From Eledone cirrhosa (Eukaryota): a stretch of DNA of 64,000 nt. Each line of letters starts with the position of its first letter. The first letter of the stretch is position 1. Below, one piece after another: positions 44,500 to 63,002 of this stretch. Where the stretch lies: contig OZ024742.1 of NCBI GenBank assembly GCA_964016885.1, positions 75,950,001 through 76,014,000 on the forward strand. Reading direction: 5' to 3'. A program made the position numbers and the translations under genes. A model generated the notes under the pieces. The model saw only the letters and a list, made by a program, of their open reading frames with translations, did no database searches and was not told the origin of the DNA.

Positions 44500-44903
44500 A
44501 GGGAAGATGCTTGATGAAAGGCCTGGCATATAAATGTGTGGTTAGCACACACAATATGAAGCGCACCTACATCGGCGCAACATCCACGACCTTTAAATCG
44601 CGGATGTATAACCACACGAACTCTTTCAAGGACCGGAATAACAGACACTCTACTAGGCTGGCGGACCTGGTTCGGGACTTGAAGGACAAGGGCACATCGT
44701 ATTCCCTTGACTGGAGTATCGCCCGACACGCGAATGCATACTCGGCTGGAAACAGAAAGTGTAGGCTATGCCTATACGAGGCCATGGAGATAGTCAGACT
44801 GAATGATCATGCAGTGAACCGGAAATCGGAAATAATCATGACCTTCAAACACCAGAGAAGGTGCACACTCTCCACATGGAATCCACCGGGAAGCCTAGGC
44901 TAA
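44500..44903 (+). mobile_element. Open GIY-YIG endonuclease domain of a truncated PLE
   Basis: GRCLMKGLAYKC..TYIGATSTTFKSRMYNH..STRLA..WSIA..CRLCLYE..VNRKSEI..KH with no stop. Confidence 0.9.
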
Positions 44904-45593
44904 AGGCATGCGGCGGAGCGTACGCCGACCAGAGCGGCGAAACGGGTTCTAGGGATCAGACAACATACACTGATGACTATATATGCCCCGTGGGGTAAAC
45001 CGAAATAACCCGAGATGCATACCCGACTCTGCACGTCAACCTAGGAAATAACCTAGCCCGAGCCGGTGCAGGCCGACCCTGATTCCACTGACTTCCAGTC
45101 AAATGCATTACACCTATAGGACAATATACATCAACCACAGTGACATACTCCAGTATGGCCGGTCCACGCACACCCATGCATGTGTATCTTTTCAATAGAG
45201 AGCCCATACTCTCCACGTATCCCATCTTGTAAAATATATTGTCTGTATATTTTCTGTATATCTCATGCTTCTCCTGTGTACTATCTCATACGCATACACA
45301 TTCCTCATTCATTTTATATATCTCTATGGGACGTTATATCTGCACCTTTAATATATTGGATGTTTATTTTTTATATAAGTGTATATACGCATGTGTATAT
45401 ATGGATGTGTATATATATATATGTAGATATATGTGTGTGTATATATAGGTATATATGTGTATGATTATATTGTTTGTATATGTGCATGCTTATAACAAAA
45501 TGCATCATTCATACATGACCAATTGTATGACCCATTGTGTATCCTTATATGGTCTTGTGTATATATCCTATTTGTGTATATATATGTATATAT

Positions 45594-45656
<63 letters not shown>

Positions 45657-45866
45657 GGTGTGTGAATGTATGTATATGTATGTGTGTGTGTGTATGTGTA
45701 TATATGTTTGTAGGCGTGCGTGGGCCTGTATGTGAATATGCGCATATTTGTATGAGCGTATATGAGCCAGTGTGTGTGTATATATATATGTATATATATA
45801 TATATATATGTGTGTGTGTATATATATATATGTGTATATATGTGTATATATATATATATGTGTGTA

Positions 45867-45917
<51 letters not shown>

Positions 45918-46199
45918 ATGTGTGTGTATATATATGTATGTATGCATATGTATGTATATATATATATATGTGTTTATGTATATGTGTATATATATATATA
46001 TATATAACTGAAGTAACAGGAGGCTGGACAGGTGTAAATCCTTGAAAGGTTTATTATACTATGATCGTTTCAATGACCGGGTTCCATATGAAGCGGCTGG
46101 CTGTGAAGCTAATTGGTCAGCGCCTTCTCGGTCTCTGGTTTCTCGGACCCATGGTTTTTCGGACCCATGGCTTTTTACATATTCCTTTGTTATATTCCA

Positions 46200-46257
46200 A
46201 TACCTGATGATATCACCAGATTCATATGGAACCCTGTCATTGAAATGATCATAGTAT
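46200..46257 (+). ncRNA. Hammerhead ribozyme in a pLTR with partial inverted copy
   Basis: ATAC-CTGATGA..GAAA-TGATCA-TA-GTAT. 46013-46092 is the reverse complement of 46220-46298. Confidence 0.7.
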
Positions 46258-46451
46258 AATAAACCTTTCAAGGATTTACACCCGTCCAGCCTCCTGTTAA
46301 TACATTTATAATTAACTCCGTATTCGCACCACCAACTACACAATCGAAGATGGGTGAACTGCACTGCGTTGAGTACTCTTCACAATATTACACCAGGATT
46401 GACCATACGGAATGACCAGTTCTATCCGGTGGTGAACCAACAAACCTTAAG

Positions 46452-46525
<74 letters not shown>

Positions 46526-46886
46526 TTGCGAGCGAGACTGTATCTGCGTCTGTATATGGGCATGTAGACAGGCGTCTGTGTATGTGTATAGTTTTTTTTT
46601 TAGTTTTTTTTATATGTCCTCCTTAAGTAAGTGTATGTCTGTATAGCGGGAGTCTAGCGTACTGATGTTGTTTTCTTTGGGATTGTGTGTGTGTGTGTGT
46701 ATATATACCTGTTTGTGAGTGCGCGCGTGGACGTGTGACCTACGAAAGCCAGTAGTAACTCATCGAAGTGTGGCAGAATGGTCAGCCGAATTGGCACCTG
46801 TTGATCAGATTTACGATGACGTTGAAAAGCAGCAGCCAATGTGACGCCAACACCACAGTGAAAGAATTTGCTCCGAAAGCATTTGA

Positions 46887-47000
46887 CGTGTTTGATGAGC
46901 CCGCATGTCAGTTTCAGACAAGATCCATGAAATGATCGTGTCTCGAGCTGTGCGCCGGCGAAACAATTGTAACACGCGCCGGCGAAACAATTGTAACACA
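46887..47000 (+). ncRNA. Hammerhead ribozyme (C3U) with duplicated 3' half
   Basis: CGTGT-TTGATGA-GCC..GGC-GAAA-CAATTG-TA-ACACG. GCGCCGGCGAAACAATTGTAACAC occurs twice in tandem. Confidence 0.7.
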
Positions 47001-47037
47001 ATAAATTAATTTCATATGCGCCACTCATTTTTCGTTT

Positions 47038-47083
<46 letters not shown>

Positions 47084-47282
47084 CGGGAAGTTGTTATGTT
47101 GAATGCATTATTTGATATAATTAGAATAATCATATGTTCCTTCCGTCATGAAGTTGAAATATTTAAAATATGATAATGATTGACGAGAACTTTTGAGAAA
47201 GGATTGTAAATACAACTTTCGTTTGCTCATTCTTTGCATCATCCATACTTTTCGTCTCCTCGCTTGATATATAAAGAGAATT

Positions 47283-47470
47283 ATAATTGTTTCTCCTTTT
47301 GGCACAAACCCAGCAATTATCCTAGTGCATTACTGGTGCCTTATTTTATAGACGCAGTAAGGATGAAAGACAAACTTGACTTCGGCGGGATTTAAACTCG
47401 GGTCGTAATGGGGCGTAACTCTATACTGCAAATCATGGTGTCTGACCCTCTACCGATACTGCCAATCCAC
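47283..47470 (-). mobile_element. tRNA-derived SINE copy
   Basis: Diverged match to the family consensus. Confidence 0.85.
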
Positions 47471-47610
47471 AAATGATATATTGTTGTTGTCTCTCCCAGG
47501 AAAATGTTACCCTAGCTGGAATGCTAAAGAGTAGTTTATGTCCCTTCTAAAGAAACCAGTACGATGTTAGCATGTGGTATAATAGGGCTAATCTTTTACC
47601 AATTTCCATA

Positions 47611-47680
<70 letters not shown>

Positions 47681-47991
47681 AGGATTTAAAACTCATTTAC
47701 ATAGTTTATATCGTTTAAAATGTATAGCTCTACACATTTTAAAAATGTATTGTTACCATATTGATGTAATATTGAGTATTTCATCAGGAGACATTTATAC
47801 ACCAAATTCATCGTTGTATGAATATAATAAAAGTACAAGCGTGGCTATGTGTTTAGTGAGGTCCATCCAAAACAAGTTTTATTTGAGATAATTCCCGTTG
47901 CGTTTCCCGTACTATTATGGCCTCCGCGTCACCAATGCATTGAATGGAAATTGCAAGGTCCCTTCATCAACGTATTATTTATTTGTTCTTT

Positions 47992-48040
<49 letters not shown>

Positions 48041-48105
48041 AGCTGAGGATCCGCTAAGGTGAAACAATTATTTTAGGTATGGTGAGCTAACTGTCGTGTT
48101 ACCAC

Positions 48106-48136
<31 letters not shown>

Positions 48137-48191
48137 ATCCAGAATTAGCCGTCGAAACGGCTTGAGCTCAGCCGTCGGGATCTTACTGGTT

Positions 48192-48234
<43 letters not shown>

Positions 48235-49007
48235 CAAATATATATATATATCCATGATCAATCACGAGCCCACAGCACGGAACGAAGGTAACCTCAGGGT
48301 AGCAACAACGAACTCCCTCTTACACCAATGGCCAGCCAAAACAGGCTGGAGATAGAACGTGTAGCAACAAGGGTGGTGCACCACCATGGCCTCAGCCAGA
48401 TGGCTGAAACAGATAAAAGAGTAGGAATGTCTGTATGTATGGGTGTATGTGTGTGATTGTTTGTGTGTGAGTGTCTGTGTGTGTATTTACGCATGTGTGT
48501 ATACACGTACATACATACACTCTTAAATGGATGCATCCATACGTACATACAGGTTTCGGTTTACCTGAATAGTATAAAAGAAAATGAGGTTCGAAGAAAA
48601 GCTGCAATATACACGGAGTGAGGTAATTTAAAGTATGTAGGGTTGTCAACATATTATGGATATTCCATTGTTTCCATAAATGTCAAGCTGCTTTATAAAT
48701 AATTGATGATGCTTTCTTTGTTAATTTTTAATATCATTCATTTCTTAAACCTACAACAAAAAGACTACTCCGTTCTGACTGTTGGGTTTTCAAGTATTCG
48801 AAAGTGCCTGTTTGTAACAAAACATAGATAATCTATGAAGAAAACTACTATAAATCATACAGTATCTTATCTGGTAATTCTCTTAATGAATACACACAAG
48901 CTTCCTCTTGAGAAAGGGCAAAATGATATATTGGCAAGAACAACATGTATACACATATCTCTATATATAGTATTGCTCTCTCCCTCTATATATATATATA
49001 TTCTCAC

Positions 49008-49124
<117 letters not shown>

Positions 49125-49146
49125 ATATATATCTATTCTCTCTCTG

Positions 49147-49181
<35 letters not shown>

Positions 49182-49479
49182 ACGTACCTATTTATGTATT
49201 ATTGTATAGTGATGTATATAATTTCATATATATACAAATATCTATCTCTATATATATATAAATGCAAGTTTACGATTATGTGTCCGCCTAAAACTAGCAA
49301 ACTACCGGACTAAACTCCACAAAATGACATGTACATATTCATTATACACTCGGACAGTTAACGGTCGAAAACGTTTTACTTTGCAAAGCAAGGAATTCAT
49401 TTAAATTCAATTTATCTTATTTTCTAATGAATATCAAAAGAGATCATCCATTTTGTTTTTTTGTTCTCCAGTCTGTAGA

Positions 49480-50190
49480 TAAGAGAGTGAGGGATGGGAG
49501 AGAGAAAGAGAGAGAGTAAGAGATGAGAGTGAAAGTGGGAGGTGTAAGAGAGAGAGAGAGTAATGGGATGAGAGAGAAAGAGAGAGGGTGAGTGGATGTA
49601 AGAGAGAGAGTAAGAAGGATGTGAGAGAGAAAGAGAGTAAGGGATGAGAGACAGAGAGAGAGAAAGAGAGAGAGAGATAGAGAGAGAGAGAGATATAGTA
49701 AGGGAATGTGAAAGAGAACGAAAGAGAATAAGGGGATGAGAGAGAAAGACGATGAAAGAGAGAGAGTGAAAGTAACCAGCGTTATTAATTTTTATTTATT
49801 TATTATTTCTACACCCTTTTTAACTCTCCCGCTTCCTTAACGTTATTTATCTTTTCTTTATTTTTTGTTCTCTATTCTGTAGAGATAGGGGGGATGTGAG
49901 AGAGAAAAAGAGAGAGAGAGTAATGGGATGGGAGAGAGAGAGAGAAAGAGGGGAAGTAGCTAGCGTTCATTAACTTTTATTTATTTATTATTTTTACGCA
50001 CTTCTTAATTCTCCCAATGTTATTTTTCTTTTATTTATTATTTGTTTGCTATTCTGTAGAGGATGAGAGAGAGAAAGAAAGAGAGGGGATGAGAAAGAGA
50101 AAGGGAATGAGGCGGATGGGGAGACAAAGACAATAAGAAAAGAGAAAAGATGGAAAAGAAAAAAAAGTAAAGAGGCAGGAGAGAGGGACG
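49480..50190. repeat. GA-rich low-complexity repeat
   Basis: (GA)n interspersed with GGGATG. Confidence 0.8.
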
Positions 50191-50454
50191 GTGATTGGAG
50201 GGATTCTTTACCTAACGTGTGTCCGCGTTTATAAGTATATTTACACACATATATGTGTGTGTTATGGGGGGCGTTTTCAGCAGACGATATATGTTACCAT
50301 CAAAGCTTATTTTCTACATATGTCTAAAGAAACCACAGATGCTTGTATAGAAGTTGTATACATGTATGTATTTCACAGACTAAAAAAAATAAAGCGGTAT
50401 TTTTAAAAGATATTATTTTAATATATTATTTTCCGCTGTTATTTTAAACAAAAA

Positions 50455-50712
50455 AAATATTTTCTGTGTTAATTCAAATAACTGTTTCTACTTTTGGCAC
50501 AAGGCCAGCAATTATTCCAGTGTATTACTGGTACTTTTATTTTATCGACCCCGTAAGGATGAAAGGCAAAGTTAACCTCGGCGTGATTTGCGGTTACCTT
50601 TGCCTTTCATCCTTACGGGGTTGATAAAATAAAAGTACCAGTAATACACTGGAATAATTGCTGGCCTTGTGCCAAAAGTAGAAACAGTTATTTGAATTAA
50701 CACAGAAAATAA
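50455..50712. repeat. Fold-back of a truncated SINE together with its 3' flank
   Basis: 50458-50575 is the reverse complement of 50593-50710. Confidence 0.88.
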
Positions 50713-51039
50713 TTTTTGTGTAGTGTTTGTCGTTTTTGGTGGATAAAAAATGATAATTTCAGAATACAATCTGAAATCCCAATATTTTCTACATATGTCT
50801 AAAATTAATTACACCTATTATACATTCATATAAAGAGATCATTTAAAATAACTTTACTGAGTGAACAATACATTCTATAGTTGTTTCTATTTCGGAAAGA
50901 GTGTGGTTTGTAATAATTGTTTCTACTTTTGGCACAAGGCCAGCAATTATTCCAGTGCATTACTGGTAGTTTATTTTATCGTGTGATGTGAAATAATATC
51001 ACTTCAAATGCTTAGAAAACGTTCCAGATTATTATATGG

Positions 51040-54000
51040 AAGGTCATCTTCAGAGGTAAAGAGAAAGAAAACACAGCAATCTGAAGAAAGTGAAGAAGTT
51101 CGGCATGCCCATCTAGCCCAAACAGCTTTATCAGCAGCACACCGTTTGGATGAAAGGTAACAAAGGGCTGTTGCTACACGAGAACAACAAATTAAGGAAC
51201 AGCAGCAAATCAGACGAAATGCTAATCAAGCACATCGTTCTACTGCCTGAGCAGGAGAACAAGCCTCAAGTAAAATGAACTGGCTGATGGGTGCTTTTTC
51301 TTATGACCCCTAAAAGGACTACAGCAGTAATTCACAAATCAACATTGGGAAAATGAATAAATGCTGCCAGTATTGTGGTGCCAAAAATTGGGCAGCAGAA
51401 CACCAAGTTTATGCTGCTCAAAATGCAAAGTGAGCCTTAAAACAATACAAGAACCCCCTAAATTTCTGAGAGTCTGCTCCTTCAGCATACACCAGAAGCA
51501 CCACACTTCAATAAATACATCATAAAATATAATTCTGCCTTTCAAATTACATCTTTTGGGGCTGACAGGAATGTTACTGACTTTAGATTCAGGACAACTT
51601 ATAAAATTCAGGGACAGTGTTACCACTTAATGGGTGGCTTTTTGCCACTTTCACAGGAGCCTCACAAATTTGTGCAGGTTTACTTCATGGGTGGAAATGA
51701 CACAACAAAGATGTACTAATGTCCATGGTGGATTACAGTTCTACATAGTCATAAAGTTACAAGAAATGCTTCACCAACATCACATGTACGCCAGTGTATT
51801 TAAATATGCACTGGAGCATATGAACAACACCAGATATCGTAAAATCATCATTAGGGGGACAAATGCACAGCTTCAGAACATGAACGCAGATTCAATGCAC
51901 CTGTCACTGATGAAGTTGCTATCATAATGTTTGATGAACAGCATGAACGACGTGACATTCTTTTGCAAAACGAAGTGGACATTTGGAGCGAATTTGTGAA
52001 ACGCATAGAGGCTATGATTCACTCCAATATCCGCTCATCTTCTGGAATGGTCAAGATGGATATCATTTTCAGCTACGGCATATCAGCCCATGAACGGGAC
52101 AAGAAACTGGTCGATCAATCAGCTGCAAAGAATTCTATGCTTATCATTTCATGGTACGTGGCCACTTCAACCAAGTTCTGCGATTCAAAGAAGTAACCAG
52201 CCAGTTCATGGTGGACATGTATGCCAACATTGAAACAGAAAGATTGGGTTTTCTGCGAAGGAATCAAACTAAGTTGAGGGCAGATAACTACAACTACCTT
52301 AGAAATGCCATCAATTCTGATGTTGACCCAAGAAATATTGGCCAGCCAGTTATACTGCCATCTAGCTTCACGGGAGGACCACGTTACATGCATGAACGTA
52401 CGCAAGATGCAATGGCCTATGTCAGAAAATTTGGTCGACCAGATCTGTTCATTACATTTACATGCAATTCAAACTGGTAAGAAATATCAAATGAATTATT
52501 TGAAAATCAAAAACCAAAGGATAGACATGATCTCATTGCTCGGGTTTTCCATGAAAAGCAATATAAAACTCATCTGGCTCCTAAAAGAAGGAAGAATCTT
52601 TGGTGAGCTTAGTGCTTGGATGACCACTATTGAGTGGCAGAATAGAGGTCTTCCTCTCTCTCACACACTAATCTGGCGCAAGGAGAATATAAGACCAGAT
52701 GATGTTGATAAGATCATTTCAGCAGAGTTACCTGATAAAGGTGGTGATCCAGAGCTCTTTGAAACCATCAAGTCCAAACTCATTCATGGTCCATGTGGAG
52801 TCATCAATCCAACTTCTCCCTGTATGAAATATCAAAAATGCATCAAACATTATTCTAGAGCTTTTATTCGGGAACATCGGACTGACAATAATGGATACCC
52901 CCTTTGTCGTAGGCGTAGACCAGAACATGGAGGCAATACTGCAAGCCTAACAGTTCGAGTAGAGGAGCTGACCATAAACAATCAGTGGGTCGTCCCAAAC
53001 AACAAATTATTGTGTAAATGTATAAAAGCTCATATCGCTGTTGAGTATTGCAGCTCCGTCAAGGCAATCCTATATGTCACAAAATATATAAACAAGGGCA
53101 GTGACATGGCTACCTTTATTACTGACAAAGAACTCAATGATGGTGAGCTGGATGAGGTCAAACGGTATCAAACAGGTCGATACATCTCCAGTAATAAAGC
53201 TATCTGGCGATTCTTTGGATTTGATATCCACCAACGCCACCGTACAGTGGTTAACCTCGCAGTCCATCTGGAAAGTGGACAGAGAGTGTACTTCACTGAG
53301 ATCACTGCTCATCAGTTGGAACAAGCATCACATGACACTACACTAACTGCATTCTTTAAACTCTGTCAGAATGATGAATTTGCTCGATCACTCCTATATG
53401 CTGAAGTCCCAACATACATCACCTGGACAGATTGGAAGACCTGGAATCGAAGAAAGCAAGGTCATTTAGCGGAAGGTCCTGAAGTCAAGTCAAGTGATGC
53501 TATTGGGCGTGTTTACAATATCCATCCCAACAACAGAGAAGGTTTTTATTTACGGCTACTTCTGCATACTGTTCGAAGACCAACGTCATTTGAGTAGCTT
53601 AGATGCTTCAGAGGAAGGGAGTGCACAACATACCAAGAAGAGTCTAAACAGCATGGACTCCTGCATGACAATGGACACTGGAAGAAGTGCCTAGAAGAAG
53701 CAGCAATCACTCAAGTAGCCAGTCAAATAAGACAATTATTTGCTCTTATGCTCACAGCATGAGGAATTGATGAAGCTCATCTACTCTGGCAGGAGTACAA
53801 AAACAATATGTCGGACAACTATCTGCACCTAGCCCGAAGACATCATGGCAATATGTATATGGAATATACACCTAGGATTTACAATCAAGCTCTCTGTGAC
53901 CTGTCCCATCAAGTTCAGGCAATGCATAGCACATTAGCTAACTGCGGGATGCCAGAGCCAGATGAAGAAATGGAGGTAGCACAAGACATTTTTCAGGAGA

Positions 54001-54400
54001 CAAACTACGATATTCAAGCATTGCGTAAGTTTGTGGATGAAAATGAACCTCGATAATGGATGACCAGAAATACGCATACCACAACGCCATCGAAAACATT
54101 CAAAATGACAGGGGAGGACTTTTCTTCATCGGTGCTCCTGCTGACACAGGCAAGACATTCCTCATAAACCTCCTGCTTGCAAAAGTTAGCCAAAAGCAAC
54201 ATATTGCCCTTGCTGTGGCTTCAAGTGGCATTGCAGCAACACTTCTGGATGGAGGAAGGACTGCACACTCCATCTGTAAGCTCCCCATAGATTTTACACG
54301 GCATGAACAATCTTTTAGCAACATCAAGAAGAACTCACACAAGGACAAGCTTCTTCAAACATGCAAGATGATAATTTGGGATGAAGCTACTATGAGCAAT
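51040..54400 (+). mobile_element. Decayed autonomous Helitron (Rep/HUH plus PIF1-like helicase), 3'-truncated
   Basis: CQYCGAK..CC, YNSAFQITSFG, LPSSFTGGPRYM..GRPDLFITFTCN, EWQNRGLP, HGPCG, WVVP, YVTKYINKG, LRLLL, Walker A-like ADTGKT, ASSGIAATLLDGGRTAHS, IIWDEATM. Multiple stops and frameshifts. Confidence 0.95.
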
Positions 54401-54486
54401 TTACAAATGAGCAATTTACCTACTATGTATGTATACAGATATAACTTTATCGTATACCTCGGCTGCTAGCGCGCTTCTTAATGTGT

Positions 54487-54566
<80 letters not shown>

Positions 54567-54569
54567 GTA

Positions 54570-54690
54570 TTAATTGTTTCTACTTTTGACACAAGGCCAG
54601 TAATTACCCCAGTATATTACTGGTACTTTAATTTATCGACCCCGTAAGGATGAAAGGCAAAGTTAACCTCGGCGGGATTTGAACTCAGAT
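54570..54690 (-). mobile_element. 5'-truncated SINE copy
   Basis: B box to tail on the minus strand. Other partial copies at 5000-5070 and 50915-50980. Confidence 0.85.
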
Positions 54691-54957
54691 ATATATTAAT
54701 AAATTAAAACTGCGATTACTCAGCAAACTGCAGTCGGAAGATCAAAGTGAATAGGAACATTTCTTCTTATCTTTTTAGTTTCCCCAATTATAATTATATA
54801 TATATGCATATATATATATATATATAAATATATATATGTGTGTTTGGTTGTGTGTGGGTGTGTGGATGTGTGGCTGGGTGTGTGTGTGCGGTGCGTGTGT
54901 GTGTGCGTGTGTGCATCTGTTTGTACATTTATCTACCTTACTTTCCCCAAAAATAAT

Positions 54958-54994
<37 letters not shown>

Positions 54995-56473
54995 GAGTGT
55001 GTGTGTGTCTGTTTGTGCATTTATGTGTGCATGTGTGTGTGTGTGTGTGTCTGTTTGTCTGTGTGTGCGTGTGCTTGTTTTTGTGAAGTGGGTTGCTTTG
55101 ATGTAAGAGCAAGCATATCGATTATCGAATTCAGGGAAAGAGAAAGAAGAAATCAGCTGAATCAAAATCATTTTAAATTACATATATCGCCGCAAAAGAA
55201 ACTGAAGGTAAATGCATGCGCAATATATCAACTTCCATTGACAAAAACAACTATATCTGGCATATATTCAAATATTAATACAAGAAATCATATATGTAAA
55301 TGTTAGGTAAATTATTGCAGCAGCTGAATCGAAACAGTTTTATAAGATATACAAAGTATACATAAACTGTTCAACACATTTTCAAAATAGTAAATTCATA
55401 TGAAAATGTGAAAACGCAGAAGAAAGTTTAACGCATGCGTAGTACTTCAAACTTTTCATTGTTAATTGCAAATACCTTGATGATATATAATGAAGAAATG
55501 AAGGCAAAAACGGAGAAGCATAAATGCCATGAGAATGTCTGCGGCAGCTGAGTCAAAACAACATATACTTCTTGTTTAAAAATATATAAAATATGCAGCT
55601 AACCTTTTAGTATTTATGTAATATGTCGTTGTTTAATCATCTAATACATGCATAAGGCATATTTTCCTTTAATACAATGACGTATGTATATCAATCAAAC
55701 CCAGATTTAATTTGTTTTTCTTTAAATTGAATACATTATAAGCATGCTGATATTTTCTCAACGTCTTTTTGTTTCGTTTGTTAAACTGAAACTGAAACTA
55801 TAGTAATTCAATGGATTATTACCAATTAGACAGCTATTGTTACAGAGTTTCTTCATAAAATCTGTATGACATTTCTTTACATTTAACTTCCTATGTTTTA
55901 TCAATTCGTCAGCATTTTTGAAAGCATTTTTTTTAGTGAATAGGTAAATACCACACTTTTCCTTTGTATTTTACTTTTAGATTATATTAATATATTTTCA
56001 AGAATTAGAAAATGTTATATTTACCATTCTATTTAATGTCATAACATGATTTCTGGCTTTTATTTAAGGAATTACAATACGTATATTATATTCATATCGT
56101 TATGAATTATTTACGTATTTATATATCCTCTTCAAATGTATTCATTACATTTCAATCAACAAATTTATTCGTCATCTAAATTCATTAATATTAAAATAAA
56201 ACTAGTTAGTGACTGATTTAAAATAAGTTATTTCAGTATACATAAACCCACACGCAAACACACACACATACACCAAACTATACACAGACTTGCACACATA
56301 CATATACATAAACATACACACATACACACTGACATATCTCACTTCTCGTTTGTTTCATTGTGACAATCTTACAATCGTGGCACCGACAGGCAGTACAATG
56401 ATTGAGCACACTCTGTTGGTAGATATCTCATTAAGAGCGTATGGTGTAGGTTCACCTCTGCTTTTATATATAT

Positions 56474-56523
<50 letters not shown>

Positions 56524-57142
56524 ACGTGTGCGTGTGTATGTGTGTGTGTGTGTGTATGTGTGTCTGTGTGTGTGTGTGTGAGTGTGTTTGTGTGCATATG
56601 TGTTTATGTGTGTGTGCGCGTGTGGGTCAGTGTGTTTGTGTGCATCTGTTTTTATGTATGCGTCTGTATATGTTTGACTGTATTTGCCCGATATACATTT
56701 GTATCATATTGCAGGCATTCCCTCTTGAATTCGGCTGAATATATAGAGTGAATCTGTGCTCCGCCCACTGGAAACCTGCAACCAAATACGCTATTCGTAC
56801 CACATAATGTAAGTAAACGTAGTCTAGACACATTCTGTTAACAAAAAAAAAAGGCGTCTGCATTTATTGATTTATCATCTATAAGGTCATTAGAATATAT
56901 ATTTCAAAATATATATGGGTTTACTTATATATCACTGTTAATTGAAAACAACAAACGTCATCGAATCGTCTGAGATTACTTTCCTCTACATCTTTTAACT
57001 TCCATTGATAGCTACGTGTGCAAGCTTTATTCAAGTATGCAAGTATATTTCTGTCTGCACGTATATTAGTAAAATTATACACACATAGACATCTCTCCCT
57101 TTCTGTCTCTCTCTCTCTCACACATACACACACACACACACA

Positions 57143-58768
<1,626 letters not shown>

Positions 58769-58827
58769 ACCTAACACGTCCCATGATCTGAGTGTTCTAC
58801 CACTACGGATATTACCTTCCCGTGTAT

Positions 58828-58907
<80 letters not shown>

Positions 58908-58956
58908 TATAAATATATATATATATATAAATATATAAATATATATATATATATAA

Positions 58957-61218
<2,262 letters not shown>

Positions 61219-61539
61219 GGGATGGCGTTAAACCTACGTATGAGATATAGACACAAAAACACTCCCGCACATTTAGACACACGCACACGCATGTATACAC
61301 GAGACCGAAATAATGAGATCACGAATAAAGCAGCCGAAATAAGGTTCCTCCGAAGAGACGCTAGCGTAAGCTTATTCAGCTGAGGTGGTAGTAAGCTGAG
61401 GTGGTAGTAAGAGAAACGCTGTAGTTAGAGACGCTGAATCTCCACATCGTGAGATTTCAGCGAATTCTGGTTTTTCGGGAATGTGTTTAGAATAACTTAG
61501 GAAAGTCTCGCAGCATAGATATTCGGGGCTAAATGAATT

Positions 61540-62100
61540 ACATGTCGTAGGAAATCTACTATCACCTCCACATAAATAACTTATTGCCCCTCAAACAGAA
61601 AGGATGTCGAAAAACGAAAGAATTCCCGTGATACAAAAGACCAGTTACTTATTGATAAGATGGTAATAAGGAATTACAAGAGAAGGTATACTGGTCTTGC
61701 CATGGGCTGGATAGATTACAGGAAGGCATTCGACATGGTTCCTTTTTCTTGGATATCCAAAAGCCTATAGATCTTCAAGGGGACAGGAAACATCAGGCAA
61801 CTATACTATTAAAGTGGGAGTTAAAAACGATTTGGGACTGTCATGAAGTCAAGGTTGTCCTGATTGTCATAGGAGCATTAGGTACTATCTGAAAGAGCTT
61901 TCATGGATGGTTAAAGAACATTAGTGCAGCCCCGTTTTTTGGAACACTTTGAAAGGCATGCTTGCTGGGAACAGCAATAAGCCTCGAATACGTCCTGAAC
62001 ATCTGAGGCTGCAGGTAGTGGCTTGATGTTCATTTGAATAAACTTTCCAGTTAAGTATTATCAATGATAAGACACCAAGAATAACAACAACAATAATAAT
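61540..62100 (+). mobile_element. Internally deleted R4/Dong-like non-LTR remnant
   Basis: [31 protein letters not shown], then directly the C-terminal IVIGALGTI..KACLLGTA. AAC/AAT tail. Confidence 0.8.
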
Positions 62101-62310
62101 GCTTTCTTATTTAGGCACAAGGCCAGCAATTTTGGGGCAGGGGGAAGTCGATTAAATCGACCCCAGTGTTTGACTTGTGTTTTATTTTATCGATCATGTA
62201 ATGATGAAAGGCAAAGTTAACCTCGGCGGGATTTGAACTCAGACCATAATGGATGTAACTCTATGCTGCAAAACATGGCGTCCGGCCATCTAACGATACT
62301 GCCAAACCAC
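62100..62310 (-). mobile_element. tRNA-derived SINE, longer subfamily
   Basis: Family consensus plus an extra GGGGAAGTCGATTAAATCGACCCC hairpin segment. Confidence 0.85.
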
Positions 62311-62948
62311 TAATAATAATACAGTTTCTCTAATACTTGGGCAAAAACATTACCGTATTCTCGAGAAGGTAGATTAGAATAAGTCTGAAGGTCAAAAAGA
62401 ATGCGGGTAACCATACAATTGAACTGCATTTTTCTCTGTTCGACTCTCATCTAACATCGCATTTACAATGACTACGCTAAATTGTGATCTAAAAACGTGC
62501 GCATAATATAATCTGGAGCTAGATAAGTGAGACATTTATATGCCGACAGCTACATCTGATAACTGCAGCAATTATAATATATGTTGGTATACTAGGTCAA
62601 AGGATTTCTTTTTTTTTTGTTTATAGTAACCTTCCCTTCTTTAGACATAAGAATCTTTTATCGACACAAGGAGATAACGTTAAATACTTTCATTGAATAT
62701 ATCTCCATCACATAGACATGAGTGGCATTCAATATACTAATAGTCAAACTGAATATAGGCGGTTCCTTTATAAGATAAAACGAATAAATACTTCTCTGGG
62801 TTGAGAAGATATACTGAAATAACGAGAATGAGAATAATCGTTGTACAGTAGAATGACATACATTGCAGCATACCATTTTTGTATCTCCCTTTTCATTGTT
62901 ATTTATATCTCTCTCAATTTATATCTCAATCCATGTAACCCACTCCGT

Positions 62949-63002
<54 letters not shown>

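Noticed and set aside
44893-44953. Possible hammerhead just after the GIY-YIG ORF (CCTAG..GAAA-CGGG-TT-CTAGG)
   Set aside because: The 5' core reads CTAAAGG, too degenerate to call.
52305-53597. 430-aa ORF as a functional gene
   Set aside because: It is a fragment of the frameshifted Helitron Rep with an out-of-frame N-terminus and a damaged HUH motif (LPLSH).
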